Assembly: GCA_019058365.1 (NCBI GenBank)
Contig: JAHPZE010000004.1
Span: 128,001 to 192,000, forward strand
DNA: 64,000 nt
Direction of reading: 5' to 3'
Source of the DNA: Promethearchaeota archaeon
Lineage (GTDB): Archaea; Asgardarchaeota; Lokiarchaeia; Sigyniarchaeales; SOKP01
Of the stretch, positions 9,153 through 16,657 are shown piece by piece; positions within the stretch are counted from its first letter, which is position 1; each line of letters starts with the position of its first letter. The translations under genes and the position numbers were made by a program. The notes beneath the pieces are model-generated. The model saw only the letters and a program-made list of their open reading frames with translations. It was not told where the DNA came from and ran no database searches.

Positions 9153-9854
9153 TTAGCATTCCCTCTCTTCTATGATTTTTTTAAAAGTCATTATTGTAAA
9201 ATCAAGATGATATTTTTTACCACCACAGAAAAACGAAATTTTAGATATTAAATTTTTAAAAAATACATAATCTTCAATCCTTTTAGACGATCTTGGTAAT
9301 TTTTTATCCTCAATTGAGGAATTAAATTCTACATCATAGATTAGATCTATAAACATATAGACTCCAAATTCTTCATCTACAAAGAATTGAAACTTAAACC
9401 CTACTATTGAATTCCCCAAATTAGGAATAAAAACAGCATTTTCTTTATATTCAACCTCACAATCAATTAAAGGTTCTCTACTTAAAGTACATAAAAATGC
9501 TTCTTTTAATATATTCGGGATAATAAGGTTTTTATAAAAGAAAGTGTTCTGAAAAGTGCAATTGTAATTTATTACTTCTAAATTTTCTAGTTCTGAATAG
9601 TTAATGTGATTAGGATTTAATAATTCCTCTGTTTTCTTAATAAAATTTGTAATAGATAAATCTTGATCAATTCTAAAAAACCATAGATCATCCAAAATTT
9701 GTGTAAATATTATTCCATTCTTACATAATTCCATTTTAACTCTATTATAATTATTAAAATTGCTTCTTGTTAAGCCGTCTATCTTCAAAGATTCTAACTG
9801 ATCAAAAACAGGACCATCTAGTTTAAATAAATCTAAAGCAATTTCTACAACCAT
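9153..9854 (-). CDS. Argonaute partner protein, probable N-lobe equivalent (Aga1/AfAgo-N/APAZ-like)
   Basis: 233 aa, ends 4 bp before ago; IVGFKFQFFVDEEFGVYMFIDLIYDV resembles the Ago L1 hairpin (GF..l.iD). Confidence 0.6.
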   Translation of the reverse strand: MVVEIALDLFKLDGPVFDQLESLKIDGLTRSNFNNYNRVKMELCKNGIIFTQILDDLWFFRIDQDLSITNFIKKTEELLNPNHINYSELENLEVINYNCTFQNTFFYKNLIIPNILKEAFLCTLSREPLIDCEVEYKENAVFIPNLGNSIVGFKFQFFVDEEFGVYMFIDLIYDVEFNSSIEDKKLPRSSKRIEDYVFFKNLISKISFFCGGKKYHLDFTIMTFKKIIEEREC

Positions 9855-10117
9855 ATTATTATTGAACTTTATTAAATTGCGTTAAAATATTTTTATCTTC
9901 TTTTACTTAATAAACAAAATTGTAACGATTTCATTATTTAATAAAACTTATTATTTTCTGGTTATTTGTCATTCCAAAAATGAGGATTTAAAATGGATTA
10001 GTTTAAAATTATAGCGAGGGTAGCAAAATTGGAAGAGTCTAAAATTTTTGACGAAGTTTTTGTTTTGGAATGTCAGTATCTCTTGTATAAAGTCACATCT
10101 TATTGAAAAGTTCTTAA

Positions 10118-10309
10118 ATTTATAAAAGTAAAAATTACAAGTTAGTATCAGGTAATTCTATACTTATTCAAGAAAATTATGGTATTAGCAAAAGCACCGC
10201 ATCGCAATATTTGACTATTTTAGAGCACTATCACCTAATTAAAAGGTAGAGACACGGAGTAAACAAGATTATTAAAATATCTGATTTCGGTAAACTTTTT
10301 ATTGAGTAG
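10118..10309 (+). pseudogene. Decayed winged-HTH transcriptional regulator (ArsR/Csa3-like C-terminus), divergent from the ago operon
   Basis: Manual translation IQENYGISKSTASQYLTILEHYHLIKR*RHGVNKIIKISDFGKLFIE*; TAG at 10247-10249, upstream frameshift/stops. Confidence 0.65.
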
Positions 10310-10344
10310 AGGTTTAAAAAATTCAGTTTAAGAAAAATTAAAAA

Positions 10345-10424
10345 GGTCGGTTCCCTGATATCTCCTTGAAGAAGGGTTGAACAGTAATTGAGGTGAGCAT
10401 TCATCGACGAGATCAGGGAACTGG
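10345..10424 (+). ncRNA. Structured ~80-nt element, copy 2
   Basis: Stem CGGTTCCCTGAT/ATCAGGGAACTG; TATA-like TTTAAAAA at 10313-10320. Confidence 0.6.
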
Positions 10425-10427
10425 AAA

Positions 10428-10448
10428 ATTAATTAAGCGTTAATTAAT
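10428..10448. terminator. AT-rich perfect hairpin ATTAATTAA-GCG-TTAATTAAT (also at 12138..12158)
   Basis: 9-bp inverted repeat right after the element and downstream of a minus-strand gene; terminator role inferred. Confidence 0.35.
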
Positions 10449-10618
10449 GTAAAAAATTTATCAAAATAAAACAAAAATCTATGCGTTTTCTAAATACTTT
10501 TTCTTGAATAGATTTAAAAATATATATTTTTAAAGAAAAAATTAGATTATTTAGAAAAAAAAAAGTTTTTTAAATTTAAATAAGGTATTAACCTAAATTT
10601 ATCAAATATTCAAACTTG

Positions 10619-11872
10619 TTATTTCCATTCCAGAGATTTTATAACAGAATCCATAATATGTACATAACGGCAGTAATCTTGAAATGTACCCTGGAAACCA
10701 AATGTAAACAGAAATTCTATTGGTTTCTTCAATGTTGGATGGATAAGAGTGATGCTATACTTTCTGGTCCAGTAACCCATCCAATATGTCAAGGCTAGTT
10801 GGCTAGCACCACCGTGAAAAATCAGGTGAGCACCCATAACTTCGGCATCCAATCGCGAAATATGCTTCTTTGAATAGTCCAACAGGGCATCATATAATTT
10901 TCTATCATCTGTGGAAACAATATCCATCGATTTGAACTTGGCCAGCTCGGATTCATCGATGCTGAAGTGTATATTCATATAAAACTTCTGTTTGGCCTTT
11001 TTAAATTTAATTTCGAGACCATTTCCGATTTCTCCCAGATAAGAGGTTCCTTTTTGTGTAATCTTCCATCCTGATGCATAGAGGGTAAAAGGGGCTCCTT
11101 TACAGACTCCTTCGAATTTAAATTCAGGTTTTGAGGGTATTATTTCGATTTTAGAAACCGCTGGTGCCACAGTCTTTTTTAAAAAGTTGATTATCTCATT
11201 TACATCGAACGTCTCTACCGATTTACATCCTGCAAGGGCAGGAAACTTTTGGTGAACTTCTGGTTCTGCAGGAATTTTGATTTCAACGATTTTGTCTTGT
11301 CCGTAATTTTGAAGCAACTTCTCAGCTTCATCAGAGCAATAAGGAGATTCTGCGTAAATTTTATTGGTGAATAATATAGCTCGTTCGGAATTAGCTAGTC
11401 CCTCGTCGATAACAGTCTGAAATTGACCGCGATCTTTCAATAAAATCCTATATTCAGCAAACCAGACGTTATAACCACTTGATATTAATTGATCAACGAT
11501 CTACCTAGCGATGTAAACATTCTGGCTTTTGTAACTGATAAAAAAATCGTATTTTTTGCCAGAAACCCCTGAAACTATTTTTTGTGAATTTTTATTAATA
11601 GAGTAATTGAGTTCCAGATTAAGGAGATATTGAACCAAATTCTTTTTCTTCATTCCGCCAGCAACTAGCAAAGGGGTATATCCATTTTTGTCCTTTGCGA
11701 AAATATCCGCACCTGAACCGACCAAAAATTTAGCTATTTCAATATTTCCATAGTATGCAGCTGCATGCAAAAGCGTGGATCCGAAATGGTTTCTTCTATG
11801 AATTATTTCCGGATTTTTGGCAACCATTTCCCTAATGAGTGAATATTGACCATCCCTAACAATGTCCCACAT
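10619..11872 (-). pseudogene. Ankyrin-repeat + TIR domain protein interrupted by a single in-frame TAG (11501-11503)
   Basis: Ankyrin GSTLLHAAAYYGNIEIAKFLVGSGAD; TIR YDFFISYKSQNVYIAR*IVDQLISSGYNVWFAEY..SPYCSDE; the two listed ORFs are in frame and 20 sense codons apart. Confidence 0.85.
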
Positions 11873-12051
11873 AGTATCTATTAATCACCGGTTGATTCAT
11901 ACAATCATGAAATCTGAAACTATGATTATATTGAACATTTCTAAAAATCTAATACATAATAATGACAAAAATGTCTTTATACAAGATGTTCAAATATTTA
12001 AATCTAAATAAATATGATGTATCAATCACTCAAGAAGAAAAATAATAATAT

Positions 12052-12208
12052 AAAGGTCGGTTCCCTGATATCTCCTTGAAGAAGGGTTGAACACTGATTG
12101 AGGTGAGTATTCATGGACGAGATCAGGGAACTGGAAAATTAATTAAGCGTTAATTAATATAAATAATTTATCAAAATAGAAGAAAAATCTATGCGTTCGC
12201 TAAATACT
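12052..12208 (+). repeat. 157-bp direct repeat, right copy
   Basis: Matches 10342..10498. Confidence 0.95.
12055..12134 (+). ncRNA. Structured ~80-nt element, copy 3
   Basis: Same closing stem and invariant core CTCCTTGAAGAAGGGTTGAACA. Confidence 0.6.
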
Positions 12209-12467
12209 CATTTAGCACAATGTTTAAATCTACTTCTGAGTTCTGGACCTTCTTTAAGAGATGTCTGAGCCCATAATCATTCAATAATAACTCAATCAGA
12301 TTCTTATAAATTGCTGTAATATTATCTTTACCAGCTTCATAATAGAAATCATTCTTACTAAGAGTAAGATCCAAAATCTCATATAAGCCTTTTATGGCAT
12401 CCTTTATATTTTCGAAGTTTTTCTCGGCTTTTTCTTTCGATCTAATTTCATATTTTGAACTATTCAT
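12189..12467 (-). CDS. Hypothetical 92-aa helical protein
   Basis: ORF with a strong SD (GAGGTGAG) just upstream. Confidence 0.75.
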   Translation of the reverse strand: MNSSKYEIRSKEKAEKNFENIKDAIKGLYEILDLTLSKNDFYYEAGKDNITAIYKNLIELLLNDYGLRHLLKKVQNSEVDLNIVLNEYLANA

Positions 12468-12474
12468 TCTAACT

Positions 12475-12487
12475 TACTCACCTCAAT
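12475..12487 (-). promoter_or_regulatory. Ribosome-binding region ATTGAGGTGAGTA of the 92-aa gene
   Basis: SD-like GAGGTGA about 10 nt before the ATG; the same 13-mer lies on the + strand at 12097..12109. Confidence 0.7.
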
Positions 12488-12751
12488 TAATATATGTAAA
12501 TGATCATATAAAAATGTGACGCTTTCCGATAATCTGTCCGACTCAAACCGAACACCTCCATCATGAAGATAGTCACTCTTCGGTGCAAATAATTAAATTA
12601 ATTGTTTTAAAGTAGTTACTTATGGATCAATCATTTATTGGTATGCCAAAATACATAAAAATAGATAACGAATATCGATTAAAAGTCGCAAAATCATTCA
12701 ATTAATATTGATTTTTGATCAGAAATACAAAAATAAAAATAAAAAATGTTA

Positions 12752-14248
12752 TTAATGATGAATAGGGTGTCCTTTTTTATGGATGGATTTGCCGACTACT
12801 GCTTCACAACCTTCAAGTACCATTTCAGAAATTGTAGGGTGGCTATGTATGGTTTCTGTAACATCATGAATAGTTAAGCCATGTTGCATTGCTAAAGTAA
12901 TTTCGGCAATTAATTCTGGGGCTTCTGTTCCAATACAGGAGGCACCAAGAATTTTATGAGTTTCTTTATCAGCTAGTATCATAATAAATCCTTCTTCTTC
13001 GCCCATACATTTAGCTTTACCAAGGGATTGGTATGGAAATTGTCCCATTAATACATCGTAACCTAAATTTTTTGCCACATTTCTTCGATATCCCACAGAA
13101 CCTATATTTGGAGAAGTAAATATTGTTGCTGGTACCACTGTATAATTCGTTTTCATTTCATGTACAGGAAATCCACCAATGCTTGCCAAAGCATTCGCTA
13201 CAGCAATATCACCTTCATAACTTGCTACATGGGCAAGCATAATTCCACCGGTTACGTCCCCTATAGCATAGATTCCTCTTACTGCTGTCTCTAATGTATC
13301 AGGATTAGCTTTAATAGCACCTCGATCAGTTTCAATGCCAAGTTGTTCAAGTCCGATATTTTTGGATTCTTTTGCCCGGCCTATAGAAACCAAACAAAGG
13401 TCAGCTTCAAATATATTTTTTTCCGCACTGCTAATTTGGTCTCTAGGGATATCAGCAGAGCAAGTTGTGGCTCTCACACCAGTACTAATATTTTCTACTG
13501 ATAATACATTTTGCGAAGTATGAATCTCTATTCCATTTTCTTCAAATTTTTTCTGAAGTACTTTAACAATCATCGGTTCTTCTGTGGCAATTGGTGAGGA
13601 TAAATATTCTAACATAATAACTTTACTCCCATAAGTTGCGAAGATATTTGCAAATTCACATCCAATTACTCCAGCTCCTATAATCAGTAATTTTTCTGGA
13701 AGAGACTTAAAGTTTGGATCTAAAATATCATCGCTTGTCAGAATTCTTTCATGGTCGATATTAAATGTAGGAATCAAAGCTGGAGATGATCCTGTAGCAA
13801 TAATTACTCTTTTTGCTTTTATTGTAGTATTATCTTTACCTTCAATTGAAATTTCAAAACCTGTATCCATATTTCCTCCAAGAATTGTCCCGAATCCATA
13901 ATAAACATCATTTTTCCATCCTTTTTCTAATGCTTCAATTCCTTCCACTAATTCCTGAACAACCTTGTTTTTTCTTTCTACTGCCTTTGCAAAAGATAAT
14001 TTATAATCTGAGATTTCTATCCCAAATTCATTTGCTTCGTTAATTTTTTCGATTAAATGAGCAGAGGCATATAAGGCTTTTGTAGGAATACATCCCCAAT
14101 TAAGACATGTTCCTCCTAGCTTTTCTTTTTCAATTAGAGCTACTTTTGCTCCATATTGAGCTGCTCTAATAGCTGCATGATAACCCCCAGGTCCTGCTCC
14201 GATAACAGCTAAATCATATAAAATATCACTCATATTTTCATCAATCAT
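12752..14248 (-). CDS. lpdA: Dihydrolipoamide dehydrogenase
   Basis: GAGPGG, GGTCLNWGCIPTK, GAGVIG, HSHPTISE. Confidence 0.95.
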   Translation of the reverse strand: MIDENMSDILYDLAVIGAGPGGYHAAIRAAQYGAKVALIEKEKLGGTCLNWGCIPTKALYASAHLIEKINEANEFGIEISDYKLSFAKAVERKNKVVQELVEGIEALEKGWKNDVYYGFGTILGGNMDTGFEISIEGKDNTTIKAKRVIIATGSSPALIPTFNIDHERILTSDDILDPNFKSLPEKLLIIGAGVIGCEFANIFATYGSKVIMLEYLSSPIATEEPMIVKVLQKKFEENGIEIHTSQNVLSVENISTGVRATTCSADIPRDQISSAEKNIFEADLCLVSIGRAKESKNIGLEQLGIETDRGAIKANPDTLETAVRGIYAIGDVTGGIMLAHVASYEGDIAVANALASIGGFPVHEMKTNYTVVPATIFTSPNIGSVGYRRNVAKNLGYDVLMGQFPYQSLGKAKCMGEEEGFIMILADKETHKILGASCIGTEAPELIAEITLAMQHGLTIHDVTETIHSHPTISEMVLEGCEAVVGKSIHKKGHPIHH

Positions 14249-14792
14249 AAATATAATATTTTGTTCAAATTAAGTTCAGAAATAAAAATTAACAATAATT
14301 TAAGTTTAAAATCTTCTATGAAAATAAAATTAATCAAAATATTAAATTCTTTTTAAAAATAAATAATGAATTTTTGTAAATTAATCACCGTTATTCTAGA
14401 AAAACGTATAATGAATGATCATATTTGATGTATAGTACAAAAAGCCATTTAATTATTTTTTAATAATCTGGAAAAAATAGAATTTAATCTATTATATAAA
14501 AATCAAACCTAGACTCATCGTTTTTTAATAAAGGGATAATTAATTAATTTCTGTAAATATTTGGTAAAATCTGTAAAAAATTTGTAAGGAATATAAAAAT
14601 TTAAAAGTATAATCAATAAGAATTATGATACTTTGGATCAAAACTAAATATTTTTAAAGAAAAAAACAGATAATTAAAAAAAAGAAAAGTTTTTTGCTTT
14701 TAAATAAGGTGTTAATATAAATACAATTTATTTTAATTAATAAACAATAAATTTGAATAAAATACTAACAGGTATAATAATTATACCCTATT

Positions 14793-15374
14793 TTGAAAAA
14801 AATTCAATTTATTACCCCAACCATGTATAAAAAAGAAGAAAATAACAGATCAAAAATTGCTTTTAAACTGTGCATTTTTGGAGCAGGAGGCGTAGGGAAA
14901 ACAACCTTAATAAGAAGATTCCTTACAAAAATATTTGAGAAGGATATAAAAATGACCATAGGTGCAGATTTCAGTATCAAAAACGTAGAAGTAGAAGGAA
15001 AGCAAGTGACATTTCGTATATGGGATTTTGCAGGTGAAGAACGCTTTAGAGTACTTTTACCAAGCTTTGCTAAAGGAGCAGATGGAGGTATCTTTATGTT
15101 TGATATCACTAGATATTCAACTATAAAAGAAATTAATGATTGGCTCTCAATTTTTGAATATTTTGTATCCGAAACAAAAATGAAAATACCCATTATAATG
15201 GTTGGGGGAAAATCAGATCTTGAGGGTAAAAGATCAGTTGAATCTGAAGATGCATTGGAATTATCAAGAAAATTAAATCTACAAGGGTATTTTGAGTGTT
15301 CGGCTAAAACAGGCTATAATGTTGAGGAAATTTTCAATTATATAGCAAAAATAATGTTAACAAATACTGATTAA
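14793..15374 (+). CDS. Rab-like small GTPase
   Basis: GAGGVGKT, TIGADF, WDFAGEERF, GKSD, ECSAK. Confidence 0.92.
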   Translation: MKKIQFITPTMYKKEENNRSKIAFKLCIFGAGGVGKTTLIRRFLTKIFEKDIKMTIGADFSIKNVEVEGKQVTFRIWDFAGEERFRVLLPSFAKGADGGIFMFDITRYSTIKEINDWLSIFEYFVSETKMKIPIIMVGGKSDLEGKRSVESEDALELSRKLNLQGYFECSAKTGYNVEEIFNYIAKIMLTNTD

Positions 15375-15387
15375 AATTAAAACTCGC

Positions 15388-15918
15388 TTATGTTCTTTTA
15401 ATAACTTTTACTAATCCTTTTTTTCTAAGTTGGTCCATCATTTTTTCAATTTCTTTTACACTCATTTCGGCAATACTAGCTACTTGTTCAAGAGTATTCA
15501 TCCCATCGCATATCTTTAAAACTTTAAATTGATCTTTATTAAGCATCCCAAATTGTACGGCCATCGGAGGGATATCTTTTACCACTATCGGAATTCTTAC
15601 CTCTCCTCCTTCTTCAATGACTTTAGCACCAATTTCTTCGGTAGTTGGTGATTCCCCAAAAAAAGCTTTTACTCCAGTAATGTCATAATTATCATTTATA
15701 TAAATATAGATTGTATGCTCTTGTCCGGATAAATCATCTGGATCTTCGACATCCGGATGAGGATTAGAATGTTTATACTCCTTAGTATAGATACTCATCT
15801 TTAACCCGTTTATAATCTCTTGTTTGTCGATATTGAGGGCTACCATATCGTCACATATATCACACCAAGCCCACGCTTCTATTAATGAGAAGTATTTCCT
15901 TACTTTATTTTCTGGCAT
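15388..15918 (-). CDS. Hypothetical protein with C-terminal winged HTH
   Basis: CDGMNTLEQVASIAEMSVKEIEKMMDQLRKKGLVKV. Confidence 0.7.
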   Translation of the reverse strand: MPENKVRKYFSLIEAWAWCDICDDMVALNIDKQEIINGLKMSIYTKEYKHSNPHPDVEDPDDLSGQEHTIYIYINDNYDITGVKAFFGESPTTEEIGAKVIEEGGEVRIPIVVKDIPPMAVQFGMLNKDQFKVLKICDGMNTLEQVASIAEMSVKEIEKMMDQLRKKGLVKVIKRT

Positions 15919-16165
15919 CGTAGTTCTGATTAAAGTTGATTTAATAATTTATTAAATTATATTATATGCAAATTAAGATGTTTTTTAATTTAAAATTTAA
16001 TTTCCTTGTTTTTTCTATAATGAATAAATCAATTTAAATCAACCAGTTAACCATTCAAAACTTCTTAATTTATTTCTATTTAGTTTAAATCAGAAAACCA
16101 AAAATAATTAAAGTTATTATATATTTTAAAATCTAAGTTCTATTAAAGAAATAATTAAATCACTT

Positions 16166-16342
16166 ATGAGCACTTACAAGAAGAATATTTGCTTTGGGTG
16201 TGGGCGCCCAATAGCCCCCTACGAAGCAGCAGTTCACTTTCCTTGCCCTTCGTGCGGAGATGTAACAATCTGGCGATGTGAGCGGTGTAGAGAGATGGGG
16301 AAGGAATATCGTTGTTTGAAATGTGACTTTTTAGGACCTTAA
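16166..16342 (+). CDS. Small zinc-ribbon protein (HVO_2753/DUF1610-like), 58 aa, not in the ORF track
   Basis: MSTYKKNICFGCGRPIAPYEAAVHFPCPSCGDVTIWRCERCREMGKEYRCLKCDFLGP; four CxxC, conserved position upstream of EF-1beta. Confidence 0.9.
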   Translation: MSTYKKNICFGCGRPIAPYEAAVHFPCPSCGDVTIWRCERCREMGKEYRCLKCDFLGP

Positions 16343-16368
16343 GATAATTAATAAATGGTTAATTTAAA

Positions 16369-16635
16369 ATGGGAGAATTTGTTGCATTAATTGATGTTAT
16401 TCCAGAAGATATCGATGTAAACTTCGAGGAATTTGTTAATAAGTTAAAAAAAGTTTTACCTGATACATCTATTATAGAAACTTATGAGATAATGCCTGTA
16501 GCATTTGGTTTGAAAAAAGCGAGAGTACGAGTAAGATACCCCGAAGAATGGGGTGGAACAGATAAACTTGAAGATTTATTTAGACAAGTTGATGGGATAC
16601 AAGGTATTGAAGGTATCGCTTTTTCAAAAGCATAG
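16369..16635 (+). CDS. ef1b: Archaeal elongation factor 1-beta
   Basis: PVAFGLK, GGTDKLE motifs; 88 aa. Confidence 0.93.
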   Translation: MGEFVALIDVIPEDIDVNFEEFVNKLKKVLPDTSIIETYEIMPVAFGLKKARVRVRYPEEWGGTDKLEDLFRQVDGIQGIEGIAFSKA

Positions 16636-16657
16636 GAATGATAATTTCTAATTTCTG

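Larger units (their letters stand above)
10342..10498 (+). repeat. 157-bp direct repeat, left copy (structured element + palindrome + 3' end of the 92-aa gene)
   Basis: Ungapped match to 12052..12208 (offset 1710), 10 mismatches counted. Confidence 0.95.

Noticed and set aside
10247-11503. Two nearby in-frame TAG codons as evidence of genome-wide amber recoding
   Set aside because: Conserved genes here end in TAG (e.g. EF-1beta, rps9), and the wHTH remnant has other lesions
1700-12050. Island as an autonomous mobile element or provirus
   Set aside because: No integrase, transposase, replication or virion genes recognised
1619-12134. The 80-nt repeats as CRISPR repeats, tRNA, SECIS or hammerhead ribozyme
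   Set aside because: Spacing is kilobases with genes in between; no cloverleaf or T-loop; no upstream UGA-containing selenoprotein; CTGATTGA does not fit CUGANGA and the GAAA core is absent
12113-12142. 9-aa peptide MDEIRELEN after the SD in copy 3 as the conserved function of the element
   Set aside because: The start codon is absent in copies 1 (AAC) and 2 (ATC)
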